A DNA stretch of 64,000 nt from contig CAVTCS010000003.1 in the NCBI GenBank assembly GCA_963733295.1, forward strand, positions 1,024,001-1,088,000. Direction: 5' to 3'. Position 1 is the first letter of the stretch. Each line of letters opens with the position of its first letter. Positions 50,437-60,085 of this stretch are shown here, in pieces. The position numbers were made by a program, and so were the translations under genes. A model generated the notes under the pieces. That model made no database searches. It was not told the DNA's origin and worked only from the letters and a program-made list of their open reading frames with translations. Origin of the DNA: Vulcanimicrobiota bacterium. GTDB lineage: Bacteria; Vulcanimicrobiota; Vulcanimicrobiia; Vulcanimicrobiales; Vulcanimicrobiaceae.

Positions 50437-50772
50437 ATGGGAGTTGAAATGGTGGACGCGCAGCGGCCACGCTGGTCGGATGCGTTTAAGGGGAACCTTA
50501 TATTTTTCGGCTCGATGTCCGAAAATGTGGCATCGAGCATCCTCGGCATGATGCACCGGATCAGCGGGACCGCATGGGGCATTCTTGCCTGTGGTTCTTT
50601 GCTCTTATCGCTCTACTACGTATGGTTCGTATTTAGGCGTTGGCGTCGTTGGCCATCCATCCATATGTCGCCCCGCGAGAAGCAGATTATCACGCCGCTT
50701 GCGCTCGGATCTATTCTGTTATCGTACCTGTATATAGTGCTCGTGTTCCGTTCGATCGGCCATCACGGCTAG
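50437..50772 (+). CDS. Small hypothetical membrane protein (start uncertain)
   Basis: Two TM segments, AT-richer than flanks. Confidence 0.5.
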   Translation: MGVEMVDAQRPRWSDAFKGNLIFFGSMSENVASSILGMMHRISGTAWGILACGSLLLSLYYVWFVFRRWRRWPSIHMSPREKQIITPLALGSILLSYLYIVLVFRSIGHHG

Positions 50773-51012
50773 TGAGCCCGCAAGCACGCGCGCGGTAGTT
50801 TCACGGCAGCGCACTGGACCTGGCTGACGTCTCCATGGATGCCGCGAAGGTTCGGCTGCCTCGGCAGCTGAGCTTAGGATGCTCGCTAGCTAGGAAGAAG
50901 GCTTCAGGCCGGGAGCGCGAACCCAGGTCGGCGGCCGATTCGGATCCGGAAACCGTCTCGAGCGTTTCCGGGGAAGTGAGAAGAGGCGGAAAACTCGACA
51001 GGATAAGGCTCT

Positions 51013-51085
51013 GGGGGCATAGCTCAGCTGGTAGAGCACTTGCATGGCATGCAAGGGGTCAGGAGTTCGAGTCTCCTTGCCTCCA
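51013..51085 (+). tRNA. tRNA-Ala(GGC)
   Basis: G3:U70 pair, CTTGC-ATGGCAT-GCAAG, GTTCGAG. Confidence 0.96.
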
Positions 51086-51139
51086 AAGGGTTTCCGTCGC
51101 ACTAGGACTTCAGTCGCTTACGAAGTGATTAGGCTCGCT

Positions 51140-52777
51140 GTGAACACCCGCCGTGGCGCGCCCTCGCGGCGCTCGTTTCTGCTCTCGGCCGGCGCCGTAC
51201 TCACAAGCTGCACGGTCGTAGGCGGCGGAGGCTCGAATGGCCGGCGCAACCGCAGCACCATTCCCGGAACGCTCCGCTACACGGACGGCGAAGGCGTCTC
51301 GGGCCTCAACGATCATCTCATCCCACAGCTCTCGGTAGGCTTTCTTTCGAACCTCCATCAGGGCTTTCTGATGCGATACGACGCCAAGGGCAGGCCATAC
51401 GGCGACCTCGCCGTCGAGGTGCCGTCACTTGCGAACGGGGGCATCGCCAAAGACGGTAGGACGATCGTGTTCCGTCTACGCCGCGGCCTCAAGTGGAGTG
51501 ACGGCGCACCCTTCGGGCCGGACGACGTCGTCTTTACAACGCACGCGACGCTCGATGCGAAAAACAACGACCTGTACCGAAGCACTTTTGACTCGGTCGC
51601 GGACGTCGCGCGGCGCGGCGCGGACGAGGTCGTCTTCCGGTTGAAGTCTCCATACGCGCCCTTTACCGACGGCTTCTTTTCGAGCGATGCCGCCTGCATC
51701 TATCCGAAACATCTCCTCGAAAATGTCCCCGCGATCGACCGCGCGTCGTACTCCGATCTGCCGATCGGTCTCGGTCCGTTTACGGTGACGCAGTGGAAGC
51801 GCGACGAATCGGTGGATCTCGTCGCGAATCCGGACTTCCACCTCGGGCGTCCGAAGCTCAACAGAATCGTATACAAGATCATGACGGATTGGAATTCGAT
51901 CCTCAATGCGATCCGCACGGGCGACGTCGATCTTGCAATGCTCGTACCCGCCGCCCAGTTCGTAAAAGGAAAGGACGTCGCAGGCTATCACGGCGTCACG
52001 GTCCCGGGTGGGACGTTCTCGCAGTTCAGCTTCAATTTGCGCCATCCGCCGCTCGACGAACTTCCAGTGCGGCAAGCGCTCCGCTATGGGACGAATCGGC
52101 GGCTCCTCGCGCAGAAGGTGATGCATGGTCTCGTCGACCTGCAAGAGTCACCGATCGGCGGCCAGAGCGTGCATACTGACACCCACATTCCGTTCCACGA
52201 GTACGATCCGCAGCGTGCCGCTGCGCTCCTCGACTCCGCCGGCTGGAAAGTCGGTCCCGACGGCACGCGGGTGAAGAACGGCGCGCGACTCGAACTCACT
52301 CTTGTGACTTCGACCGGAAATCAGGAACGCGATTCAATCGCGGCGATCGTTCAGGACGATTGGAAGCGGCTTGGCGTCGACTTGTCGATCAAACATTACC
52401 CAGCAACGACGCTCTATAATAGCTATGCTTCCGGCGGGATTCTCGAGCGCGGCAAATTCGACGTCGAGCAGAGTCATCAAGGTTATGGACTCTTCGGCGA
52501 TGAGACCTTAATTTGGGCCTGCCGCTCTCAACCGCCCGTCGCGGTTAACACCTCGCGTTATTGCAGCGCGACGTTCGACCGCGATCTAAACGCGTTCACG
52601 CAGGAATACGATCCAGTTCGCTCACAGCAACTCGCTAACGCGTTCCAAGAGCAACTGGCCGAGGATATTCCGAACATCGTACTCTTCATCGCGCGGGACC
52701 TCTACGTCGTCAGCGACGATCTCAAGGGCATATATTTCGGCGGCACGTTTGACGGAAGCGAGAATTGGACGATCTAA
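51140..52777 (+). CDS. ABC transporter family-5 (peptide-type) substrate-binding lipoprotein, Tat-exported
   Basis: SRRSFL...LTS|C; FRLRRGLKWSDG, PIGLGPF, YDPQRAAALLDSAGW. Confidence 0.92.
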   Translation: MNTRRGAPSRRSFLLSAGAVLTSCTVVGGGGSNGRRNRSTIPGTLRYTDGEGVSGLNDHLIPQLSVGFLSNLHQGFLMRYDAKGRPYGDLAVEVPSLANGGIAKDGRTIVFRLRRGLKWSDGAPFGPDDVVFTTHATLDAKNNDLYRSTFDSVADVARRGADEVVFRLKSPYAPFTDGFFSSDAACIYPKHLLENVPAIDRASYSDLPIGLGPFTVTQWKRDESVDLVANPDFHLGRPKLNRIVYKIMTDWNSILNAIRTGDVDLAMLVPAAQFVKGKDVAGYHGVTVPGGTFSQFSFNLRHPPLDELPVRQALRYGTNRRLLAQKVMHGLVDLQESPIGGQSVHTDTHIPFHEYDPQRAAALLDSAGWKVGPDGTRVKNGARLELTLVTSTGNQERDSIAAIVQDDWKRLGVDLSIKHYPATTLYNSYASGGILERGKFDVEQSHQGYGLFGDETLIWACRSQPPVAVNTSRYCSATFDRDLNAFTQEYDPVRSQQLANAFQEQLAEDIPNIVLFIARDLYVVSDDLKGIYFGGTFDGSENWTI

Positions 52778-52871
52778 GGCTTCGTTCGGCAGCGCGGGCG
52801 AAAGGCTCGTCAGGAGGAAAACGGCGCAGAAGATCGCCACACGCACGATTGAGGCCGGCTTTGTTCGCGCG

Positions 52872-53462
52872 CTACTTCGCAGGTGGGGATGCGCAGGTAG
52901 CGGCCGCGTTCGCTAGGGCTGCGATCGCGGCTTTCGCGCTTGCAGCGTCGGCGAACGTCGGATATTTCGGCACCGGTCCTTCCGACGAAACGGTGGCCGC
53001 TTCGACGTCGCTTTTCAAACCCGCGAGCGGGACGGTCGTGTCATCGGAGTAGGTGAAGACGGTGCTGTGGCTCGAGCCCGAGATCGCGGTCGCCGCTTGC
53101 TGTTCGGACTTCACGTTTGCGACCGCGAGCTTGTCGGACATTTTATCGAGCGGCACCATGTAGTACGTCGCGGCCTTCGTCGGCGACGTTACGGCCTGGC
53201 CGAGGTACGGGTACGTTGAAGTTGCATCGCGATGGATCGTCACTTCGCACGCGCCGCTCGCACGAGCCGAATACGTCACGAGCAGCTGACGTTCGAGGAT
53301 TTTCCCGGCGTTGTTTGCCCACGTGTCGTCAGAAGTGAGTTTCGTGGAAAGCGCGTTGGTGACCGCTGACAGGTCGGAATCCGCCGGCGAAGCGGGAACC
53401 GCGCAAGCGAAAAACGCGGCGACGCTGCACGAAACGACCGCTCTCCTAAAGGGCGACGTCAT
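52872..53462 (-). CDS. Secreted hypothetical protein
   Basis: Signal peptide, GAGGAG RBS. Confidence 0.7.
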   Translation of the reverse strand: MTSPFRRAVVSCSVAAFFACAVPASPADSDLSAVTNALSTKLTSDDTWANNAGKILERQLLVTYSARASGACEVTIHRDATSTYPYLGQAVTSPTKAATYYMVPLDKMSDKLAVANVKSEQQAATAISGSSHSTVFTYSDDTTVPLAGLKSDVEAATVSSEGPVPKYPTFADAASAKAAIAALANAAATCASPPAK

Positions 53463-53498
53463 ACGATTGCTCCTCGGGACGTTAGATGGGCGCGAAGA

Positions 53499-54134
53499 TT
53501 ATACCAGGCCGGCGCGGATTGCGTGAACGGCCGCTTGGGTCCGGGCCGAAATGTTCAGTTTCGCGAAGATCCGGCTGACGTGGTTCTTGACAGTCTTTTC
53601 GGAGAGGTGGAGCCGCGCACTGATCTGTTTGTTCGCGAGGCCCTCAGCGATGAGCTTGAGCACCTCGGACTCACGCGGAGAGAGCTCGGCGAGATCGGGG
53701 CGGCCGCCGTTGAGGCTGCGCCGGCGAAGCAATCCGCCGGCGACGCGCGGGTCGACGTATGATTGCCCTTCGGCCACGGTCTTCACGGCGCGCAGAAGTT
53801 CCGCGGGCGATACGTCCTTGACGATGTAGGCTTCGGCTCCGTAGGAAAGGCAGCGCTGCATCATCTCGGGCGAGAGATGCATCGACAGCACGCAAACGCG
53901 TGCTTGGGGTGCGGCTTCGGAGCACGCGCCCAGCGTCTGGGCTACGCCGACAGGTTGACCGTCGAGATCGATGACGATGAGGTCGGGACGCGCGGTCTGA
54001 AGCGCCGATGCGATGGGCGTCGTGAAGTCTCCGACGACCGAGTATAAGCCGTCATCTGAAAAGATGCGGCACAGCGCCTTTGCGAAAAGCGCCTGCGCTT
54101 CGATGATTGCAACACGCAAGCCGGCGACTGCCAT
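53499..54134 (-). CDS. NarL/FixJ (LuxR-HTH) response regulator
   Basis: PDLIVID, YIVKD, LSPRESEVLKLIAEGLANKQI..LSEKTVKNH. Confidence 0.94.
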   Translation of the reverse strand: MAVAGLRVAIIEAQALFAKALCRIFSDDGLYSVVGDFTTPIASALQTARPDLIVIDLDGQPVGVAQTLGACSEAAPQARVCVLSMHLSPEMMQRCLSYGAEAYIVKDVSPAELLRAVKTVAEGQSYVDPRVAGGLLRRRSLNGGRPDLAELSPRESEVLKLIAEGLANKQISARLHLSEKTVKNHVSRIFAKLNISARTQAAVHAIRAGLV

Positions 54135-54284
54135 ATTGCCCTCCGTGCAAGAGCGGATCGGTGGGTCAAAGAGTGATCCACGCCACGCTACCGGCCCTTG
54201 TTAGGACCTGCATAAACGTGATGGGCATGGGATCTTATGCGGCAAAGGTCATAGGTCCCTGCTCCCTTTGGGGGGCGAGGGTCT

Positions 54285-54656
54285 CTATGCGGCGAGGGGC
54301 GGCTGGACCGCTGCGAGGAGGTCCCGAACGCCCGCCTGAGGCCCCAGGACGGCATCTGCGCCGACGCTCAGGGCCAGTTCGTTCCAGAGGGGATCGGCCA
54401 GGCTGGCGTAGGCGACGATGCGCGTGGCCGGCAGCGTCCGGCGCAGCGCTCGGAGTGCCAGGAGCGGGGCCGTCTCCAAATGGTCGACATCGATGCAGAC
54501 CACGTCCGGGTCAAATCGCCGCAGGGCAGCGGCGGTCGGGCGCGGGCCCGCCAAGCTCACTCGCGCGCCGCTCGATTCGAACGTCTCGCGCAGGAACGGG
54601 GTAAAGAGGGACTGCCGCTCGATAAGCACGATGCGGGGGGCCGGCCAGTTCTGCAT
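54285..54656 (-). CDS. Stand-alone atypical receiver-domain protein
   Basis: RIVLIE, PDVVCID, GADAVL; lacks the conserved Lys. Confidence 0.7.
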   Translation of the reverse strand: MQNWPAPRIVLIERQSLFTPFLRETFESSGARVSLAGPRPTAAALRRFDPDVVCIDVDHLETAPLLALRALRRTLPATRIVAYASLADPLWNELALSVGADAVLGPQAGVRDLLAAVQPPLAA

Positions 54657-54809
54657 CGTCGTCAAATGTAGGCGGTCACCGCCGCGGGCGGAAGTGCCGG
54701 GTGGCACAGTCGAGCTCACAGAGTGCCCGGAACGCTAGGATGAAAGCCCTAGCTTCCTTGGTCCGCGAGCGGGTCACCCGCCCTGCGTTCTATGTTAGCG
54801 TTGAGCGCG

Positions 54810-55973
54810 ATGCTAACTGTCTCAGCCGACGCGGACCGCGCCTCGCTTCCGCGGCTGACATCGCCCCAGGCGATCCGCGTCGTACACGTCGTCCCCCGTC
54901 TCCGAGGCGGCCCCGAAACCCAAGTGCGGCGCCTCTGCGAACGCCTGCTGGAATACAGCGCGAACGTCACGATCGTCTCCGTGTTTCCGAGCGAACTCGA
55001 TCCGGAGCAGCGCTCGAAGTTAACGGTACCGCTCGTCGAATTACCCAAGACGGGAGGGACGCTTGGCCGCGTTCGCTCGCTCGCGTCCGAACTTCGACGC
55101 CTGCAGCCCGACGTCGCGCACTTCCACTTCGACCTAGGACGTTTTTCCGGCCGGATGGCAGGGGTCATGGCCGGTCAGATTCCCTTCCTGGTGTTAACCG
55201 ACGACGGCGGCGAGTCTAGCAGCGCGTTCCGCAAGATCGTCGACAAGACGCTCGGCATCTGGACGGCCGCGTACGTTGTGGCAACGGAAGAAGCCGGGCG
55301 GCAGTTAGTTAAGAAGGGCGTTCCCGAAAAGAAGATCGCCGTCATCCCTAGCGGCGGCATCGACGGAATCGCAAATGTGCAAGCGACGAAGAAAGTTCGA
55401 GAAGATCTGGGGGTCGCCGAGCGAGACGTCGCGCTGATTTTGCCAGCGCGCCTCGCCGCCCAAAAGAATCAGCGTCTCGCGATGCGTGCGCTTTCGCGGC
55501 TATACGGCGCGCGTGAGGATTGGCATCTGTTCCTGCACGGCGAAGGTCCCGACGACAACATGCTGCGACGCGAGGCGGCTCGCTTGCACATTGCATCGCG
55601 CGTGAAGTTTTTGGCTCTGAAGTTCGATCTGGCGACGCTGCTGCCGGCCATGGACATCTTCGTGATTCCATCGAATTGGGAGCGGCTGCCCGCATCCATG
55701 GGCGATGCCATGCTGCTGGGGATTCCTATCGTAAGCTCGCCGTGGGATGGTTACAACGAGTTTCTCATCGACGGCGAGACCGGTTTCGTGGCGTCGGATT
55801 GGTCGCAAGAGGCATTCGCCGAGGCCATCGAACGCGTGTTGCGGGATCCCGAGCGCGCGCGCCGGGTCGCGAGCCGGGCGCGCATCTTCGCTGCCGAGCG
55901 TTTCGACATGGACGCGGCGGCGCGGCGGCACGCAGACCTCTACTATAATCTGATACGGAAAGCGCGCCGTTGA
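54810..55973 (+). CDS. GT4 glycosyltransferase
   Basis: HVVPRLRGGPE, ARLAAQKNQ, DIFVIPS, DGETG. Confidence 0.88.
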   Translation: MLTVSADADRASLPRLTSPQAIRVVHVVPRLRGGPETQVRRLCERLLEYSANVTIVSVFPSELDPEQRSKLTVPLVELPKTGGTLGRVRSLASELRRLQPDVAHFHFDLGRFSGRMAGVMAGQIPFLVLTDDGGESSSAFRKIVDKTLGIWTAAYVVATEEAGRQLVKKGVPEKKIAVIPSGGIDGIANVQATKKVREDLGVAERDVALILPARLAAQKNQRLAMRALSRLYGAREDWHLFLHGEGPDDNMLRREAARLHIASRVKFLALKFDLATLLPAMDIFVIPSNWERLPASMGDAMLLGIPIVSSPWDGYNEFLIDGETGFVASDWSQEAFAEAIERVLRDPERARRVASRARIFAAERFDMDAAARRHADLYYNLIRKARR

Positions 55974-57181
55974 AAGTCGCGTACGTAACGGCGCATTACC
56001 CCTCAAACGCCACAGGCGAGCGATTCCTCGAGCCGGAGGTTCGCGCACTAGCCGACTACGTCGAGCTTGTGGTCGTGCCGGCTCAACCGGTGAAGCTCGC
56101 CGATTCGAGCGTTTCCGGTCCAGCTTTGCGCGAGTTCTTGCGCGCGCCCGCGAGTGCCACGCGGCTGTTCGCAAAGCTGCTATTCGCCAATGGACGGCTG
56201 CATGCGCGGGCGATGAACGTCTTGGCTTTTCCCCGCGGACTCGCGCTGGCGCGCGAGATCCGGGACGCCAAGATCGAGCACATCCACGCAATCGGACTTG
56301 GAGTCCCGTCGACGGTCGCATACGTCGCTTCGCAAATGACCGGCGTTCCTTATAGCATGGGGATCCACGAACATGAAATTCCGGACGACGGACTGACCGG
56401 TGAAAAGCTTTCGAAGGCCAAGTTTACGCGCACGGTTTCGTCGCGGACGTGCCGCGATCTGCAGGCGCTGGTCCCGTCGGCGGCGAGTCACTGCCTCGTC
56501 GTTCGTTCGGGCGTGAGCGTGCCGGCGCGCGCCCCGGACCCGCCGGTCCGTCGCATTCCAAGGATTCTGGTCGCAGGCAGCGATCCGAGCGACGTGCTGA
56601 ACGCGCTCGCGCAACTGCGCGACCGCAACTACGCGGTTTGGTGCGACCTGGTCTCGGATAGCGCGCCGGCTCGAGTGGAACGTTTACTGCGGGCGTACCA
56701 TTTGCGTGGACGCGCGATTCTGCTCGGCCCGATCGCCTTCGACAAAATGGGCGAGGCGCTGGCGCGGGGCGACTACGACGTGTTCGTCCTGGCCTCCGGC
56801 GACCCGAGCGACCCTCGCGAAGACATGCCGGTGCTCGCGCTGCAAGCGATGGCCACCGGTGTCGCAACCGTGGCCGTGGAGGGGGCGAGCCTCGACGAAG
56901 TGATCGACGCGGGGAGCGGGTTTCTCGTCGCAAAGCACGACGTCCAGGGATTATTTGCGGTCCTCGAGCGTCTCGTGCTCGACTCGGGGCTCCGTCACCG
57001 CACGGGACAGCGTGCTCGCGAAAGAGTGCTGCACGCGTTCGAGATCGAGCGGACGACTCGCGAGCTTGCTACGCGACTCTACGGACCAGCCGATTTCGCG
57101 CACGCTTCGCCGCTGACTGCGATTCCAGGTCGCCGCTCGAACGGCGCCCGCAGCTCCACGACGTCGCTCACGACCCGCTGA
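55970..57181 (+). CDS. GT4 glycosyltransferase (WcaL-like, degenerate)
   Basis: KVAYVT..YP..GERFLEPEV, IEHIHA, YDVFVLAS, AMATG. Confidence 0.82.
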   Translation: MKVAYVTAHYPSNATGERFLEPEVRALADYVELVVVPAQPVKLADSSVSGPALREFLRAPASATRLFAKLLFANGRLHARAMNVLAFPRGLALAREIRDAKIEHIHAIGLGVPSTVAYVASQMTGVPYSMGIHEHEIPDDGLTGEKLSKAKFTRTVSSRTCRDLQALVPSAASHCLVVRSGVSVPARAPDPPVRRIPRILVAGSDPSDVLNALAQLRDRNYAVWCDLVSDSAPARVERLLRAYHLRGRAILLGPIAFDKMGEALARGDYDVFVLASGDPSDPREDMPVLALQAMATGVATVAVEGASLDEVIDAGSGFLVAKHDVQGLFAVLERLVLDSGLRHRTGQRARERVLHAFEIERTTRELATRLYGPADFAHASPLTAIPGRRSNGARSSTTSLTTR

Positions 57182-57187
57182 TCGCGC

Positions 57188-57667
57188 TCAGTCTTCCCCG
57201 TCGTAGTAATCCAATGGCTGGCTGCGAACGAGCCGATATTCGGGAGCCTTGATCGCCCATTTGTCACTGTCTGGATAATAGCAAGTTTCGCCGATCGGAT
57301 TGTCCGCCACCACGTAGAGGATGAGATCTTGGTCGCCGTCATTGATAAGTTGGTGCGGTTCGTTCGGCTTAAAAACGAAGGCGTCACCCGATTCGATTGC
57401 GATCCTGCCGTCGCGGTGCCGAAGCGTACCACGCCCCGAGATCACATGAAAAAATTCCCACTGCGCGCTGTGCGAGTGGAAGGGACACGAAGCCGCGCCC
57501 GCTGGGACTCTCGTGATCTCCACATCGAAGGGGTGCCGCTCGTTCAAGTCAGACGATTGCCGGTCACGCCCCAGCGCCTCGGAGATCTTCCGACCGGAAC
57601 GCGCAAACTTGCCGCTCGGCGATGCCTGCGACTCCCATTCGAGTGCATCAGTCTTTACAATCTTCAC
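57188..57667 (-). CDS. Cupin domain protein
   Basis: PFHSHSAQWEFFHVISG, EPHQLIN, YYPDSDK, DYYDGE. Confidence 0.9.
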   Translation of the reverse strand: MKIVKTDALEWESQASPSGKFARSGRKISEALGRDRQSSDLNERHPFDVEITRVPAGAASCPFHSHSAQWEFFHVISGRGTLRHRDGRIAIESGDAFVFKPNEPHQLINDGDQDLILYVVADNPIGETCYYPDSDKWAIKAPEYRLVRSQPLDYYDGED

Positions 57668-57789
57668 CGCCGACCTCCCAGAAGCTAACGGGATGATTCC
57701 CTCGAACGAGCCCTCGAATCGCCGAGGGCACCGCGCGCTAAACAAACGTACGCGTAGAGACGGCGGCTACCCTCGGCTTCAAGAGTCCC

Positions 57790-58134
57790 TTAACCCTTCG
57801 GGAATTGTCGTAATCCCACCGTCGAGCCATTGGGCTCTTTGATGGCGGCGACCAGCAGCCCGTAGGCGACGTCGGTAATGTCTTTCTCGACCGTGCCGCC
57901 CGCGGCCACGAGCGCTTTCACGCTTGCCGCGATGTCGCTCACGGTCCAGTAAGCGAGGCCGCCCGGCTCGCTTTCGTCTCCGCCCGGAACGAGCCCGATT
58001 TCCACTTCGCCGCTCTTATAGCCGACGTACATGGGTGAATCGACGTAGGGGTCGGCACCGATGAGTTCGCCAAAGAATCGCTTGGCTTTGGTCAGGTCAG
58101 CAACGGTATAGACTATGAGAGAAACGTCCTTCAA
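57790..58134 (-). CDS. VOC/glyoxalase family protein
   Basis: VADLTKAKRFF, YWTVSDI, LVAAGG, EPNGS.VGL. Confidence 0.88.
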   Translation of the reverse strand: MKDVSLIVYTVADLTKAKRFFGELIGADPYVDSPMYVGYKSGEVEIGLVPGGDESEPGGLAYWTVSDIAASVKALVAAGGTVEKDITDVAYGLLVAAIKEPNGSTVGLRQFPKG

Positions 58135-58159
58135 GATTTCATACTCCTTCCATCTCTAT

Positions 58160-58187
58160 GACGGATCGAGCGCCGTGAAACGTGACG
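58160..58187 (-). promoter_or_regulatory. ECF41-type promoter for the VOC gene
   Basis: CGTCACG-N17-CGTC vs TGTCACA-N16-CGTC. Confidence 0.6.
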
Positions 58188-58206
58188 GGCGCCGAGGGGG
58201 TGATTC

Positions 58207-59100
58207 ATGCAGGATACGGAGCGGCTCGCGGAGCGCTTTGAGGCGGCTCGGCCGCGCTTGCAGCGCATTGCGCTACGAATATTGGGATCGCCTGTGGAAT
58301 CGGACGACGCGCTCCAGGAAAGCTGGCTGCGCATCAGCCGCGCGGACACTGCGAGTGTTACGAATCTCGAAGGCTGGCTCACGACCGTTGTTGCGCGCGT
58401 CTGCCTCGATGCGCTGAAACGGCGCGAAAGCCGGCGCGAGCAGTTGACGCCGGACGATCCGCGTTGCGACGTTGCAGCAGTCGCTCCCGGCGAACGTCCT
58501 GAGGAAGAAGCGCTGCTCGCCGATTCGATCGGCGCGGCCCTGCGGATCCTACTCGATGCGCTGCCGCCCGCGGAGCTCGTCGCCTATGTGCTGCACGACA
58601 TGTTCGACGTGCCCTTTGACGACGTCGCCGCGATCGTCGGGAGGACGCCTGAGGCGGCGCGCCAGCTGGCAAGCCGTGCGCGCCGACGAGTGCGCGGCGC
58701 ATCCGCAGGCCGTAGTGTCGTGACGCGGCAGCACGACGAACTCGTGCGCGCGTTCCTCCAAGCCTCGCGGTCGGGAAATTTCTCCGCGCTGCTCGCACTG
58801 CTCGACCCGGGAGCAACCCTTCGCGCCGATGCGGCCACGATGGCGATGGGCGGCGCGGCGTACTGGCAGAACGATCGGCTGGAGGCTGGTATCGAAGGCG
58901 CGGATACGGTCGCGGCGATGTTTGCCGGACGTGCGCGTGCCGCGCAACCCGTATTGATCGACGGCGAACCGGGAGCGGTGTGGCTGCATGAAGGCGAAGT
59001 GCTCGTTGCGTTCCGCTTTAGGATTACGGAAGATCGCATCACCGCGATCGATCTCGTCGCCGATCGCGCTGCGCTCGCGCAATCGGTCATCGAGCGTTAG
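58207..59100 (+). CDS. ECF41/SigJ-type sigma factor with SnoaL-like C-terminal domain
   Basis: DDALQESWLR, WLTTVVARVCLD, RQLASRARRRV, LLDP.ATLRAD. Confidence 0.9.
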   Translation: MQDTERLAERFEAARPRLQRIALRILGSPVESDDALQESWLRISRADTASVTNLEGWLTTVVARVCLDALKRRESRREQLTPDDPRCDVAAVAPGERPEEEALLADSIGAALRILLDALPPAELVAYVLHDMFDVPFDDVAAIVGRTPEAARQLASRARRRVRGASAGRSVVTRQHDELVRAFLQASRSGNFSALLALLDPGATLRADAATMAMGGAAYWQNDRLEAGIEGADTVAAMFAGRARAAQPVLIDGEPGAVWLHEGEVLVAFRFRITEDRITAIDLVADRAALAQSVIER

Positions 59101-59130
59101 CGAGTCCCGGCCGCTAGCAAAGAGGAGCAT

Positions 59131-59157
59131 AAAAAAGCCCGTCTCGACGGGCTTTTT
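59131..59157. terminator. Bidirectional rho-independent terminator
   Basis: AAAAAAGCCCGTC-TC-GACGGGCTTTTT between convergent sigma factor and tRNA-Ala. Confidence 0.88.
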
Positions 59158-59163
59158 GTTTTG

Positions 59164-59236
59164 TGGAGATGAGGAGACTCGAACTCCTGACATCCAACTT
59201 GCAAAGCTGGCGCTCTACCAACTGAGCTACATCCCC
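59164..59236 (-). tRNA. tRNA-Ala(TGC)
   Basis: GGGGATG/CATCTCC, CCAGC-TTTGCAA-GTTGG. Confidence 0.96.
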
Positions 59237-59317
59237 ACGGAGTTGCGTTGGGCCCTCCTGGCGACTCCGCAAACTCTTATGGTTTATGAGTTTGTGTCCC
59301 TTCCTGATCAATGCACG

Positions 59318-59737
59318 TCATGTCTTCTTACTTTTTTGCACTTTCGCTCGAATAGCCGCAGGCGATTTCCTCTTCAATTTGCTCTGATTGTAATCAATGG
59401 CGGCGCGGACGAGTTCTTTTAGAGCGCGCGCATTGACCTTATCGCCCTCGAGAAAATCGATCGCGCGTCTCGCGTTGCCTTCGAGGCCCGCGTTGAAGAG
59501 CTTGTCAGGATCTGAGAGGCTTGCCCCATAGGCGAACGTCACCTTGACTTTCCCTTTGTGAGCGTTGGCGACCGCGATTAATCCGTCGCGATACCACGTC
59601 GGGGTTCCCATATATTTCCATTCCTCGATGATCTCCGAGTCGGCGTCGAGGAAGCTCTTCCGGACGGTGGCGAACGTCTTACCACGCCAGTCCGTGAGTT
59701 CTGCGATCAGTTGGTCAATACGTTTCGATGGATTCAT
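59318..59737 (-). CDS. DUF1801 (YdhG-like) protein
   Basis: DWRG...IIEEWKYMGTPTW...DPDKLFNAGLEGN..RAID. Confidence 0.88.
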   Translation of the reverse strand: MNPSKRIDQLIAELTDWRGKTFATVRKSFLDADSEIIEEWKYMGTPTWYRDGLIAVANAHKGKVKVTFAYGASLSDPDKLFNAGLEGNARRAIDFLEGDKVNARALKELVRAAIDYNQSKLKRKSPAAIRAKVQKSKKT

Positions 59738-60085
59738 TGGATCTTTATTCCTCGAATTCTGAGCCCGTTTCACGCGATCAAAATAGTAATGTAGCGACAT
59801 TATTCAAATGAGACGCAAGCAGCAAGAGAGCCTTCCCCAAGCGGCCTAACCGATCCGGAGCCGGTGCAGAAGCAAGAAGAACGGCATCGTCACGGCTAGG
59901 CCGACGATCCAAAAAACAACCTGGAGCTGCTGCTGGGCGGCCCTGTTCGGTTCGCCTACATCCTGGTCTCGCAGCGGGTCCCTCGGCGGGAGCCGGTCGT
60001 GTCGAGCGGCCGGCCGTGAGCGACGAGTGAGAATGTGAGGGTGCGTCCCATAAAGTAGCGGCTTGCGTCCGCCGATTCCACAGCT

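Noticed and set aside
50773..51012. Possible ncRNA (SRP/6S/tmRNA) in hairpin-rich gap before tRNA-Ala
   Set aside because: Local hairpins exist but I recognise no conserved motif; needs an Rfam scan
59846..60050. Small membrane peptide ending VVFWIVGLAVTMPFFLLLHRLRIG
   Set aside because: Hydrophobic tail is plausible but there is no convincing start or RBS, and the long ORF overlaps another candidate
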